A stretch of DNA of 62,759 bases, filler included, from Asterionella formosa (GCA_002256025.1; 18 parts of 18 records of this genome joined end to end with filler, not necessarily neighbours in it); one strand, 5' to 3'. Numbered from the whole stretch's first letter, positions 49,165 through 62,759 are shown. A program made the numbers and translations. The notes: generated by a model not told the origin, from the sequence alone.

Positions 49165-51491
49165 ATTAAGAACAATTATAGCAATATCAGTTATGGCCGT
49201 CAAAATGTGACTGACCCTCTCATTCATGATGTTTTGGTGCGGGTCGATCAAATAAGGGAGTAACTTCATGAAAACTACTCTTTGTTGACGATATCATACA
49301 ATTTGATACAAATAGATTGATAAGGTGTTTCCAAAACAATCTTTGGAACCAAAGAAGTCAATTACTTGTTCTTCAGGTAAGAAAATGATAGTACTCGACT
49401 CACATATGAGTATCAAACGAAAGGCAAAATAGACAAAGTTATATCTATACATCACATGAAATTCAGTATCAGCGGTTCCCAATCTACCTACAAATGAATT
49501 CATTTGAATAGTATAAGTAATGTGCTCCAGTGAAGAGGCCGCAGCTGAGAAGTTAAGTCGGGGTTTTGATGATCAAAATTTTCGTGTTGATGGTCTGTTT
49601 GTAGCTCATTTCATTCAATGTAGCTTTTTGGTTGCAACTGTGGCATGGTTTGAATGTTTTCTGTAAATATTCATCGCCCGCCTCAATAGTGAGAGACGGT
49701 ACTTAGTAGCTACCAATGCTAGTAGAATTGTTGTGATAGTACTAGCTTTGTTTCTTTCCACTGGCTTGGATGCTTTGAAAAATTGCAATATTATCAATTT
49801 CTATTTATAGCCTTCAATTTCATACAGCAATCATAAATAAGAGAAAGTTTTCATATGGTCATGTTGCAAATAGGATATAAGTAGTATTGCATTGTGTTGG
49901 TGCATATGTAACAAAAGTAGGACTTATTAATTGCGCTGTGTCAATGCAGATATCACCATGCATGTGGTCATCATTTCGTGCTTTCTCATCGTCCATTACT
50001 CCTCTGCCACATCCCTTATCATTGTATTGTCGTGTTAATATCAGCAATCAAGCAAGTGTGCCCATATTATATTCATGTATGCAATTGCTCTACATAAAAT
50101 TTAAACCTGGTGTTCAACAATCAATTATCAGAATCTAAAAAAATTGCAGTGGCACCCCCAAGCTCTTCGCTCATCCATTGGTCTGTATTTTCATTTAGGA
50201 TCATTGACAAATGCCAAATTGGAACTTAAAGATAAGGACCAATCAAACAAAATTGAGAAACTTCCGAATGTTGACTTCACAACGCACATAGTGGCTGGAA
50301 CATCAAAATAACAAATGAAAACGTTTTGTTCTAATACTGCCCCGCACAATTTCCTCTCCTGGCCATTGCCCACCATAGTATATGTAGTCGGCTGTTGACA
50401 CATAGAAATTATGACAGGTTTATAAACTGGATGACAATGTGACATAGATTTGGTGAAACCACAACATGCTGTCTAAAATAGAAAGGGCAGGAATTATGAG
50501 TGCCACAAAATTTTCGCGTCTTGATGATTTTTGACGAATAACCATCCCGACGTACAGGTACAAATCGATGACTTTTTCAACGCTTTCCGCAGTGATAGTT
50601 CCTGCTTTGCTGTTGGAGAACATTTTGCAATGTTGGTAAACCTCTTCCCTATATTTGGCATCATAGTACTAGCTATACAGTGATATGAGACAACGCTGCC
50701 CATGCTGTACAGCATGATCTGCTGTCAAGAGCCTTCCTTGGCCAAAGATCTGGGGTTTTTGAATAATTGAAACCAACTTTCAATTATTCAAAACCAAATT
50801 AAAATCCTTAATACTTGCGTCATGACAGCTTCATGACTCCTATACAAGTAGGCAAAGTTCAATTAGTAATTCCTCCAAACTTTCAACATCATGCTTGATG
50901 GTATCATGATACATATTCTTTTGAATCTTGTATAAAGTTCCGATTGTCAATTGTATGTTTATATAGATATCCCGGTGGATAATATTTAGTATATTTCAAG
51001 ATTTCGAGATCAGTCATTATCCTTGACTCGATTATAGGTCAGCACACCGTTATAGTACACACAATATTATTTTTTCCGGAATTTACTATCTATAATTTCT
51101 CTGCATAAGTTTTTTTTTCTATAGTATAGGGAATGGCTTACCATAGTTGTTTGATCACATTACCTTCGATCTGAAGTTTATGGTTCGATTCCCAAAATTT
51201 TTTGAGAAGTAATTTGTTGGTTTGACTTGTCTCACACTGCTTACTGTCCCGAAAAGGGGATTACTAATGGGCTCTGAAACAGATTATCATATTATAAATG
51301 ATGTATGAACATTTTGTTGCTTATTTAAATAGGAAATATCTAATGAACATATGTAACCATATGCATGTATATGTATATGTTTATAACTGCTCTCGTTTTG
51401 CATGATATGGAATGAAACGCCAAACATGTTAGAAATTGAATGTAAATTCCTCTGAAAGTTGCTGGCTGTTGGGGGGCAACAGGACGAAGAA

Positions 51492-51950
51492 TTACATATC
51501 CAAAGAAAAGATTGCATCAGAGTCAGCATCGTCATTTTGACCATGGAGCGTTTTGTGCCTTGAAAATGGCGATGCTGAACAATAGTAGCCAAAGTAGTTC
51601 TCGTCTCTAGCCATGGTGTTGACACCAAGAGCCTCGTCAGAATGAAATGATGTCTGAAATCCGGAATTACCACCTTGGTTCTTGGAATGGCGAAGCGATC
51701 TTGGAACCTTGGTACTACTTATTGAACTTAGTTGGTCCGCTTGTCGGGTCCGAATGATGTTGTCAAGGGATGGGTTCGGTATCGATCTGTTTCTTGTCGA
51801 TTTGCACATGCCTGCAACGATGCGAGCAAACATGCAATAGTCTCTATATTCAGCATCATCTTCGTCTTGTGCTGACTCTAGTTCCGACATAGTCCACTCC
51901 TGATCACGTGGAATCTTGATCGGGTCGGACTTGATAGTGGAAATCCTCAT
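51492..51950 (-). CDS. Uncharacterised 152-aa protein (paralog 2)
   Basis: Intact paralog of 44942..45394 with frame-preserving indels. Confidence 0.7.
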   Translation of the reverse strand: MRISTIKSDPIKIPRDQEWTMSELESAQDEDDAEYRDYCMFARIVAGMCKSTRNRSIPNPSLDNIIRTRQADQLSSISSTKVPRSLRHSKNQGGNSGFQTSFHSDEALGVNTMARDENYFGYYCSASPFSRHKTLHGQNDDADSDAIFSLDM

Positions 51951-53532
51951 GATTGTAGGGATCGTGTGAAGACTATGCTCTCGTTGATAGGAGATGCAGT
52001 GTTCGATGTTGACCTTCTGGTACAGTCCAGGTCCTCGAGACCTAGAAGTAGAGAGGGGATTGCGCTGCTGGTCCATTAGAGAGGGAGGAGGGAGGGGAAA
52101 ATCGTCGTTGTGTAAATGCTTTCGTGAACAGGATTTTGAGAAATTTGTGTGCACGGTGAGTGGTGTACCGTACATACAGAAATGTTGCGTCACCATGAAA
52201 AGTCTCGAACATCATGCAGTCGTGGATCTTTCTATTACCGGTATACCGGTAGTTCTTAACTTTGAATATACCGGTATCATATATATAGTTGCTACCTGGT
52301 ACCAGGTACCGTACTCCTAGAGTAGAGGTGCTATCATGGCCCTACACATGTATAGTGGTAGTGCTCCACTGACATCCGCTACGGTACCTGGTACCAAAGT
52401 TTGACATGGGTTCGACGCACACGCCAGACGCACTTTGTTCACATCGTTTGTGACCGTAACAGACAACCGGTAAGCCTCCACCCACACTCGCCATTCGGAC
52501 AAGAGCAAAGCTACTGCCAATAATAATGATATTTAATAGAAATGAACGTTTGTGAAACCCCTAGAGAGCAGTTACACGAGAATCAAAATCATCGACCATC
52601 ATTTTATCTCGTGTATACCTCATGATAGGGTCTAGTAAGAATCCACTTTTTGACATCAAGCAAATGTCCAGGTGGAAGCGATACCGTGGAATTCATGCCC
52701 GGCCCATACTATATAACTCGAATCAAACTTCGCGTTTGGGGATTTCCAGACGTGGTCTACCAGTAATCCTTTCTGAAAAGTTATTATCAGCTACACTGCC
52801 CTATAGTTACTATACTTACCTCTAATTCATCATCTCGTCCAACACCAGCCAGCACATGGAATGAACGAGAAGTAATGGCGATTCAAATCAGAATTTGCAT
52901 AGTAGTGTGAAAGAAGAGTCTTTCTAGTACACAACATGACGAACTAGTAGCTAGCCACCCTTCAGTTAGCTAATATGCCTAGACTATGGTTGCTGTAGCT
53001 AGCGGAGGATGCATCATTCCGACGCTGTATCGCCACACGTTTCGGATTTCCACGTGATGGCTTTCTAGTTGTTCTTTGTAAGGCAAATTGCTACATTCGT
53101 GCTTCTAATTCTCATTCTGCTCCTTCAGCAGCCATGACACGGAATGGCTGAATGAGAAGTAGATCCTCAAGCACTAGTATAGATATTGCATAAAAATGTA
53201 TGAGAAGCGATAGTATCAACCATTCATAGGCTGGTTGGTGTCTTGTCGTGACAACACAACATCATCACTTCGCAGAAGGAAATTTCCAGACGTGTTGCTA
53301 GTCTTCATAGTTTCCTCTGGTTTCTTCATTCATCTTAAGATAGTATAGTAGCTAGACTATGGATACTAGTGTGAGCGAAGGGTGCAGTACCTTCGCTGCC
53401 TAGTAGTACAAAACTTCCTAACTTGCCATTCGGTAACAAGATGAAATAGCAAATTTAATAGCTAATACTCCTTGATTTTGTTGTCTGCTGTTTGAGAAAC
53501 TCCCTAGTCATGTATGGCTAGCTTTTTCAAAT

Positions 53533-54090
53533 CACCACTTCACGTTTGGAATTTTCAGACGTGATGGTCTCCTCATTGTTTGGTCGTGAAGCACATCATT
53601 ACTAAACTGGAAAGGATCAGCAGTACTGTACTATACTGCTAGCTTGGTATCAAGAATACTCCTTGCTTGATGCTGTTCTGTGTTGGTGGAGCAACCCCCG
53701 TGTCAGGCATGCCTGGTGCTGAGTGATAGCTGAGTGACATAATCTCCTGAACAAAAACACCACTTCACGTTTGGAATTTTCAGACGTGATGGTGTCCTCA
53801 TTGTTTGGTCGTGAAGCACATCATTGCTAAACTGGAAAGGATCAGCAGTACTGTACTATACTGCTAGCTAGCTTGGTATCAAGAATACTCCTTGCTTGAT
53901 GCTGTTGTGTGTTGGTGGAGCAACCCCCTTGACAGGCATGCCTGGTGCTGAGTGGCATAATCTCCTAAACAAAAACACCACTTCACGTTTGGAATTGCCA
54001 GACGTGATGGTTCTCATTGTTTGGTCGTGAAACACATCATTACTAAACTGGAAAGGATCGCTCAGCAGTACTGTTGCATACTGCTAGCTT
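53533..54090. repeat. Tandem repeat, ~220-bp unit, ~2.5 copies, with degenerate units back to ~52725
   Basis: CACCACTTCACGTTTGGAATT..CAGACGTGATGG at ~53533, 53758 and 53977. Confidence 0.9.
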
Positions 54091-55725
54091 ACCGGTAGTC
54101 CTGGTTTAGTTTATGCATAGCAGCAGAACTAGTACTACTATTAAAGGACGAAGCAGGCCCAATCTACAAAGAACATAAAAAACAAATAGCCATGTAAACA
54201 ATAGTAGTCCTTGTTGCTGCTGCAGTTTCTTGGTTGAACCCAAGTCATAAATCTATGCTCCCATTGCAAATTGTTGTTCCTTGTTGTGGTGAAGCACACA
54301 TTATGCCTCAATTTTTAATTTACTTATTACTCCTACTTGATGTCTTGACTCAATGAACGTGATACCTTTTGCAGTATTTCGTTTGCTGAAGTTTGGGTTT
54401 TGCTTTGTCTCGTCAATCTCCGAATTCTAGAACCATGACTGCTTCTTTTTTAGGCTACTATAACTAGCTAGCTAGCTACCAACCAACTATCCAAGGAACG
54501 AGATGTCTTGTACTACCAACAACCAGGAACTACCCCACTACTACTAGATGCAAGAACCACTTGGAGTTGCTTACTGGTGTACTGGTATAAGAATAACGAT
54601 ACCCTGCTGGTACAAGCAGTCATCCAAGATGATGGTATGCAACTGCTAGTAATACTATGAACAATTTCAATTTCTCAACATCGGGATGGCTGCTGGTGGT
54701 GACGCCACTGCCAACACATTAATTCAAAAATGTGTATGCTCGTCCAAGTCAATGAAGTGATGGCGGGCAATACTACCTGAAGAGACACTGCAAGATATAT
54801 AAGTCCAACATCAAGTCTAGCTAATACCAAGCAAAGGTACTAGAGTAGTATATTAGTAATAAGGAAACCTGGCCGGGTATTAAATGGCCGTTGCAACTAT
54901 TAGTCGTCTCCGGATACTGGTCTCGTCTTTCATTTTCCAATTTTGCTTAGAACTATATTTATACAGCAAGCACTTCATAGATGAAAGACATCAAGATCTG
55001 CTGTACATTTTGTATTTCAACTCGATCTCATCATTTAGCATAACCGCTTACTCCTATAGCTACTACTATCAGGTATCTGTAGCAGCGAGCGACATTTTAG
55101 TTTATAGGTACTTGTTCTTTCATTCGACTTTTGTACCAGGTACTAGGTACACGGTTTGTACTGCGGTCTCCTGGCACTGCATCGTGGTTTTTTAACCATA
55201 CATAGTACTGTAATCATGTACATAGTCCAGAAGGTAAGGTAGAAGTCAATTTTAAGAAAACGATGCTACATTTCTCAACAACCAGGTAGGCCTTGTTCTT
55301 CTCTGATGCCAGCGATGAACTCGGATTATGGCATGGCTTCATCATTCTGAAAAACGTGATGCGAGGTACTCCTTATTTCTTTTATTGTATGCCGCTATAA
55401 TTTATAAAGATAAACCCAAAATTTTCTACATTGCTTTTGTGTAAATTTACCTGGTAGACTACTGCTCCGGAGTACCGGTACCCCCTGGTACTATACTTAC
55501 TTGCTTGTTCAGAGTTTGTTCAATCGGTTCCCTGTGCGTGTAAGATATACTGTACAGCAAATATTTTATATAGGTACAGAAAGTATGTAGATATAGCTGG
55601 TATGTACCGGGGAGCTTGCATGACAGATTCGTCATTGCTTCTTTTCTTAGGATCCATGCCGGTAGCTCCTATTCATGTGCCTTATGAATGTATATATGAA
55701 AAAAAGTATGGATATCAGTCTACAG

Positions 55726-55892
55726 TGTTGAGGGGAACCTTATCGTGAATAAAGGTGAACTACAATATTATGACTATTCTATTGCTGTTCCAAGTACATC
55801 GTTGTTAGCACTCACGCATGTACCTAATCTGGTGGCTGCGCCGGTATGGTTTGTACGGCGCATGTATGGAGCATCATATGCAGATATTAACA
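55726..55892 (-). mobile_element. 3' LTR (167 bp) of the adjacent Copia element
   Basis: Minus strand: PPT GGTGAGGGTG, then TGTTAAT...CTCAACA. Confidence 0.75.
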
Positions 55893-57328
55893 CACCCTCA
55901 CCAGCAGATTCAGGCAGAAGAACAGGAGCTGGGGTGGAGATGATATCAGCATCGGCAGCCAAGCACGCATAATAGTTAGGAGGACTAGGGAGGGATGGAG
56001 GGCAATGGAGATAGCGCGGGCGCATCAACATATGATGGGAAGCGGGATGATGTTTAGTGAAATAATCAGCACGATTCAAACTACCTTTTTTCCAGTAGAC
56101 AAGAAATTGGCCTTGGCGAACCCGATTGCGTACCCAGTAATAACGCATATCCATAGCTTTGGAACGTTTTTGTCGGACAGTATCATTGGCGATGCCACTG
56201 GCAGTGCTATTATCGGTGACAATACGGGTAGAAGGTTGGTGATGACCAAGCTCAACAAGAATGGTGCGAATAGCATATGCCTCTTTGCCATTGTGGAATA
56301 GAGCAGCTAATTCAGCCTCAGCAGCACTTGATACAACCTCCTTAAGAATTTGACAGTGGACGTAAATAGCACCGTTAAGAGGAGGGATGGATGTAGTGAG
56401 GCTAGGTGGAGACACGGGTTTACAGCTGAGAAAGTGAATGCCGGCAGCGCGGGAGCGACCACGTGTTTCAGAGAGATAGGAAGCATCACTTTCAACATGG
56501 AGGACCATGTCACTGGCAGTAAAGCGAAGTGTGGCCTCAGGATGCGTGGCACAATAATTGAGAAGGTGAGTAATAGCAGTCAAGGTAGCCACAGTAGGGG
56601 TTGCTTGTTGTGTAGCCAATGTACCAAGGGCCGGCAACATAGTACAATCAATAGAACAGGCATAATACAATAAAGTACCAAGAATCTCTTGCACACGTGT
56701 TTTATCATGGAGGTCAAGGACAGGTGTGACATCAGAAACAACAAATTGCTGGCGAGCGCCATAACTAGGTGCAATCCAGGCATGGGGGGCATGTTGTGGG
56801 TGTGTTGGAGTGGAGTGCGTGAATCGTTGTAGAGAACGAACAATGTAACCAGGCATAGTGAGGTCAACTGTGCGATGTTCGTAGTCCCACACCAGTGTAA
56901 GGCCAATGTATCGAGAGCCAGTCCAATCAGTTGTGAGTCGGTATTTGGTACGTAAAGTGGTGAGGAGACGGTCCACGTCACTATGTTTGGTGTAACGTAC
57001 ACCAAAATCATCAACAACAAGCGTAAACATGAGATCACTGGTGGTATCCATCCATAGGCCAGGGGTGACTGGGCAGGGGAGGTAATGATGTGGTAGCAAG
57101 AACTGAGCAAGTTGATCATTGGCAAGTTTACCAGCTTGAGGCAGCCCATACATGCCACGACGGATTTCGGCATAGATGTGCCCATCAATGATTTTTGGAG
57201 CTAGGTTGTAGAGGGTTTGAATGTGTGGGGGAATCATCCATATAGGGATGCGCACGTATTCATACTCGGCAGGTGCAAGATGACTTTCCAGATAAAAATC
57301 AGATAAATCCAGAGTCATGAAGCGGCCA
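55774..57328 (-). mobile_element. Diatom-type Copia reverse transcriptase-RNase H
   Basis: LDLSDFYL, GMYGLPQAG, LVVDDFGV, VESDASYL, SSAAEAE, TDNSTA and NRADYFTKHH; ORF runs through the PPT into the LTR. Confidence 0.95.
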
Positions 57329-57428
57329 NNNNNNNNNNNNNNNNNNNNNNNNNNNNNNNNNNNNNNNNNNNNTTAATTAATTAANNNNNNNNNNNNNNNN
57401 NNNNNNNNNNNNNNNNNNNNNNNNNNNN

Positions 57429-57753
57429 ATCAAGGCCAGAACTGCCTGAGCCTTAAGCATTCAGCTTGATAATCGCTCCACAACAAGCATCCAAGTTCCA
57501 GCTTCGACTTTTGAAATAGATCTCAGGACAAGGATATCGCCATCGCAAATGTCATTGGTATCGCTCGTGTTGTTGTTGATTGTTGTTTCATTATGGTGAC
57601 TGGTTAGAATACAATTATAGTAAATACATTAACAACTAGCTAGAATAGAATAATATACTGTTATTTTTTCTGTAGACATAAAATATTTGGGGGTGTTGTT
57701 CCAGATGTACGAAGGGGGGTACAGGTATCAGGGGGATACGAGACACCAGGTTT
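57429..57753. repeat. Copy of the repeat at 8319..8645
   Basis: Direct sequence match. Confidence 0.85.
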
Positions 57754-60436
57754 ATGGTACCTGGTACCGCTATTTTAGATATATTGTATCCTGCGCAATA
57801 TCAGAAACAACTTTGTCGTACTATAAAAATAGTCATAGCTCGAACAAAATTAGAAAAAATCTATGGAGACACTGTGAATTTTTTATCGTTTATTGGTTCA
57901 AAGCCTTATTAATCCTCTCATTTCTCCCACGTGACACTGGAACCCGACCCATCCTGACGATGATTCTTGTTTTATGATGTGTACTCAACACATAGTATAC
58001 ACACCAAGATGGCATTGGCAAATAGAGTTTCGACATGAAGGGACTATAGTGAATGTCCTGTAATTATATGTATGCACTCATTGAACCATAAATGTTACGG
58101 TACTGGTGATGGCCACAATTTCAACCAATAGAAGTGCTTCGTTTTTTTGGTCGTGGTCGGAGACTTATTGACCAAATACCTGATATTTGGTTGATAATAA
58201 GGGGGTCATCCTTGACCAAGACCAAAGCATATTTAGTCTTCGTCGATGCGGTGGCAAATTATTCTTGCTTTTTCGACCAACACATCGCATCATGACGTGT
58301 AATGACCCGGAACTTCAATAGGTCTGCTATTAGGTCGATGTGGTGGCTATGCTCTTACGGTTTTAAACGAAGTACCGGTAAGAAATTCACATTTGTCGTA
58401 TTATACATGTGATTTGAGAATAATGTCCGATCTGAATACCGGTACATCATAAACGATTCGGACCCTCCGGCACACCCCACCGGAATTTTTCTCCTGTTGT
58501 TGCAATCAACCGATCATCACGAAGACATAGAAGGCCCTGGGAACAGCTGTAATTTTATCTTGTAGTGCCTTATTGTGCAGCAATGGACGACATGACAGAA
58601 ATGACGAAAACAAGTGAGCTGCCTTATGAAACCGACCGGAAACAATGTTTGGAGAAAGTGTCAAGGGTAATTTGTGACAAGCTCANNNNNNNNNNNNNNN
58701 NNNNNNNNNNNNNNNNNNNNNNNNNNNNNTTAATTAATTAANNNNNNNNNNNNNNNNNNNNNNNNNNNNNNNNNNNNNNNNNNNNTGGCATGCTCCTTGC
58801 TGCCTTTTCTGTGACCATCATTGGACGATCCTCCGTTCAAACATGCCGCAGAACAACGAAGGTGTCAAAGTTCCCGAATATGGAGGGAACACCAGTATGT
58901 GCTCGTACCCTCAAGTATCGTAGACGAGCGATGTATGTGGTTCCGGTTGATGGTGACAACAGGCGGGAAGGCTGTGAACAAAATCACGATGGGTTATTTC
59001 ATTACGACTCTTGAATAACTAAAGCTAAATTTTAACAACTCGGTCTGGCTCGTCCAGATTTGCTTCGTAGGTGATGCGCTAACTCGCACATAAAAGGGTC
59101 TCAGCACAGGTAGTGGACCAACCAATAAAAACATTAACAGGTGCTGGATACTAAACATCTTGGCAAGAACCAATCATTGAAGCATGATTCCCATTCGCTG
59201 ATAAGAAGCAGAAGCAAGCGATTCCAAAAATGTGACTCACAGAACCCAATCGAACATGCGATAGTTGGTCAACTTCGACTGTGCACTCGGCACTAGGGGG
59301 AATGTTTGCTTCAAAAGGGACCTTCTATTGCTGTACCTGGTTGTGGTAACGAAGCAGTCTAGATTCTAGATCTTCAGGCCATTATCTGATCAGCGAAAAA
59401 TGCAGAGCTACCAGGGTAACAATAACTGCTTGCAGAGATATAACCCCATGTCGAAATGGTGGTAAACATGTTGTGGTAAGGCTAATCCTTGATGTCAACA
59501 CAAATACAGAGTCTTTTGGTGATGGGTCAAACCATCTTGTGTGTCACTCCAGGCATTCTAGTGTACCATGTGAGTCATGCTATTGCTAAATTATTAAATG
59601 GTGGAAGTATTACAGATAGGATTGCATTTGTATATACATTAATATTACTAGTACAGAAAAATTGTCCCATGCCCCTTTTCCAAGACAAATGCATGTGTTG
59701 AGTAAATTATATCAATTGCATGCTCATGCTATGCACCAGTAGTCTCCTTGTCAATGAATACTCAACTGCATTGACAATGATGGCACCACCCTTTCAAACC
59801 TTGCTGCCTAGCCTTTGTGTAGAGAATACTACTAACTATTGGAATTTGAAATGAGATGGCACTTAAAGGGGCATCATGCCAGATGACCAGTTCATGTACA
59901 ACAGCCGAAAATCATCATTTCCAACATGCTTTGCCATCATCAGATTTGTACCCCCATTTCTCAATTGACCATAATCATCCCAGCTGCGCCTGTTGATAGT
60001 GATTTTATTGAGCTCCATTTAATGCAGCCAGCACTCAAACCTTNNNNNNNNNNNNNNNNNNNNNNNNNNNNNNNNNNNNNNNNNNNNTTAATTAATTAAN
60101 NNNNNNNNNNNNNNNNNNNNNNNNNNNNNNNNNNNNNNNNNNNCATTCTCACAGGTGACGTACAATCGATGATATCGATCAACCGATGACGATATGCATA
60201 TGACTCGGGCAGCTGGTGCTGAAGCCAATTCCAGCTCTACATGGCTATCGCCTTGACATTCGGGTAGGCTATAAGTAATTTCTTAAGTAATTTTTATTTA
60301 GGGGCTATAAGGGGGACATCGAATTATTTGGCATTAAAATTGCCGATTTTAGTCTGACAGCCTGAATAACGGTAATAAACCACATAGAAATGATAAAACA
60401 AGCGTCAAACGCAGGAGAACGATTGTAACATGCAAT

Positions 60437-60810
60437 TGGGAAATTCTTGGTACACCTCAGGGTATGTTGGGCGCGTGCTCAACAGGAGAAAACCGTTAGG
60501 TGCAGTCCTGCGAGGTCTGTCTCATGACCTGCAGGCGCCTGGTACTACCGCCTGTAGAACCAGCGTGCATGTTGGTTCTCTTCGACTAGTACTACCTGGT
60601 ACCGCCTCTAGAACCAGCGTGCGTCTTTGGCCCTGTTTGAGTGGGTATTCCTTGTCTGGATTATGTCGAGTTTTCCCATCCAATACTGGTAAGTTGTGTT
60701 GGATATTACTTTGTGATTACTCTTTCAATGTGGCGTCCTTCAATAGTGCTAATTACAACCTTGCTTAGGTTCAGTATTCTCCCCATCATCTGTTTGATAG
60801 GAGAATTAGT
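60437..60810 (+). mobile_element. Solo LTR related to 2083..2405, with an internal duplication and a clipped 3' end
   Basis: Collinear with 2083..2391; flanked by TGCAAT at 60431..60436 and 60811..60816. Confidence 0.75.
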
Positions 60811-61674
60811 TGCAATATCAATGAAAATTGAACAGGATGGATGTTTGGAGCAACCAAAGTATGTTGTGCAATGTAATGAGTAATAGCATCAAATGAGAAA
60901 TAGAAAATATTGTTTTGGGTTAGAAATACAGTAAAAAATAGGAGTTTCAGTGGAGACATATGCATTGTAGTACTTGCAAAGGCAAAATTCTATCACACAA
61001 TCGAAGAGCAAAATAAAACCAATAAGAAGAAAAAAGCTGAACCCAACAATTGAGATCTGCATCATGATGTACTAGCATAGATGATCTGGTTGCTGCAACC
61101 ATGAATATCACTGTAGTAGCCTGACAAAAGTTGCAGTCCTTCCGCCCACAGTCATTCCTCCCACCAAACAACCCTGATCATCATTCCATTCTGATTGATT
61201 ATGATTGCCAGGCTGCTCCAGCACTATCGACTCCCTCTAGCTGAATTTACTTAATTGTGATACAAACTAGTAGCAGAAATGTAGCAAAGCGCATAAGTTC
61301 AAGAAAAGCATTGCTTGGTGGCAATATTGACATCATGGTCAATGACTATACAAATAATCAAATAAGATCAACAGTGGTGCAATACATCTTCAAAGAGGAG
61401 TNNNNNNNNNNNNNNNNNNNNNNNNNNNNNNNNNNNNNNNNNNNNTTAATTAATTAANNNNNNNNNNNNNNNNNNNNNNNNNNNNNNNNNNNNNNNNNNN
61501 NAGCAACCCGAGGAATTTATGAACCAGAATAATTTTTTAAGAAAATCAAACTTGCTACTTTTCATATAGTAACAGGTACCTTTTCGACCCGTGCATTATT
61601 TAAACTCCTCTAACATTTCCTGTATTCACAGTACATAAATATATTCAAAAAATTTGAATAGCAATCATTCCCGC

Positions 61675-62140
61675 TCCAGCTACCGTCTTGCCACTCGGGT
61701 CCTTTTAAGAAAGTTTTGTGCTCTTAAGTAAATTCTTAAGTAATTTTTATTTAGGGGCAATAAAGGGCACAGCGAATTTTTCGGGATTGAAGTGGGTAAT
61801 AAACCGGTATGTAGAAATACATATTTTGCATTGGTGTTGGTAAAACAAGTACCCCGTGTTCAACACACAAGAATCATTGCAACATACAATATCAACAAAA
61901 ATTGAACATGATGTTTAGAACAAACAAAGTATGATATGAAATGTAATAAGTAGCATCATGTGAGAAAGGAAAAATTGCTTTGGGTCAGGAATGCGCCAGT
62001 GGTACTTACACAACAGGCAGCATTGCCTTCTTTCCATAACACAGTCAAAGGACAAAATAACACAGCAATGAAATAGAAACCCTGAACCCAGTTGAGATCT
62101 TCTGTATTGTACTTTAGAGCAACTGATCTGATCATTGGAA
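61675..62140. repeat. Unclassified repeat homologous to 60230..61100, lacking the LTR insertion
   Basis: Shared TTCTTAAGTAATTTTTATTTAGGGGC, AAAATTGAACA..ATG and TGAACCCA..TTGAGATCT blocks. Confidence 0.65.
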
Positions 62141-62759
62141 CCTTGTAAATAGCTTCTGCCTGATGGTAGAATACATGTATCAGTCTCCCCTGAACACTGG
62201 TATTTTATTTGGTGGTAGTATGGGGTACAAAGCGCCGGGTGGTGTTGTCCTTGCTGGATTGCCTTGTGGTTATGCCGTGATATCAGGTTTACATGGAAAC
62301 GGAGTATTAAACTTGCTTATTTCTAATAAATCTGATGTCTAGGAATAACCATAGGAAATGTAGGAAATCCATTTCTGGTTACTACGCCTGTGGTGGAGGA
62401 CATATGGTATCAAGGGCTTGTCGAAGTGCATCTACATTAAGTAGTGCGTTTTATTTTTGCGGTTAAGGTGATGCCACTAGCTGTCTTCTTATGGATGATG
62501 AGAACTTGGTCATAGGTGAGGGTGTTTGTAGTGTCTGAATTGTGGAAACCATATTTTACTATGATGATTAGTGTTGACTAGTAGTGCGATAGCTAGCTAA
62601 CTGTGTGGTTAAGGTATTGTCTTGGATATAATGTAGGCGGGGAAAGCTGTGTTTTTCACGTCTTTTTGTGGATGTGTATCGGATTGAATCCTGTGTTGCC
62701 AGTGGTGATGTTATGTGCTACTAGAGACACCGGTTGATTGTTGAAACCTTGGAGTGAAT

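Noticed and set aside
48900..50400. Decayed coding-like sequence on the minus strand
   Set aside because: Many stops and no motif I could assign.
52725..54090. CRISPR array
   Set aside because: The spacers are ~200 bp or longer and homologous to each other, there are no cas genes, and the context is eukaryotic.
58786..60043. Short ORFs in this contig
   Set aside because: No recognisable domain or repeat structure.

Overview
This is eukaryotic DNA, most likely from a diatom (inference from short GT-AG introns, diatom-type Copia gag/pol motifs and diatom-style gene families). It is not one continuous locus. Eighteen contigs are joined by 17 artificial 100-bp linkers (N44-TTAATTAATTAA-N44): sixteen of about 1.26 kb and two scaffolds of about 20.46 kb (8151..28615 and 36870..57328). 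Neighbourhood is only meaningful within a piece. Intact host genes are a 3R-MYB, GDP-L-fucose synthase, Spt6, a CDK10-like kinase and two paralogous ~150-aa proteins. There are also fragments or pseudogenes of a RING-H2 protein, a t-SNARE, a Crinkler-like protein, a sulfotransferase and an LRR protein. The remainder is mostly transposon debris: Copia, solo LTRs, LINE, Harbinger, pogo, piggyBac-like, Plavaka-like, a Crypton-type tyrosine recombinase and tandem repeats. Four observations stand out. (1) An intact, intronless poly(ADP-ribose) glycohydrolase sits tail-to-tail against a decayed bacterial IS3-family transposase, contiguous with intron-containing host genes, which makes it a candidate bacterium-to-diatom gene transfer. 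(2) A duplicated small protein has a 4E-BP-like motif layout with a C-terminal TOS-like motif. (3) A Copia LTR ends at the start codon of a Crinkler-like gene. (4) A Copia gag and protease are separated by a single in-frame UGA. All calls come from motif recognition by eye; no database searches were run.
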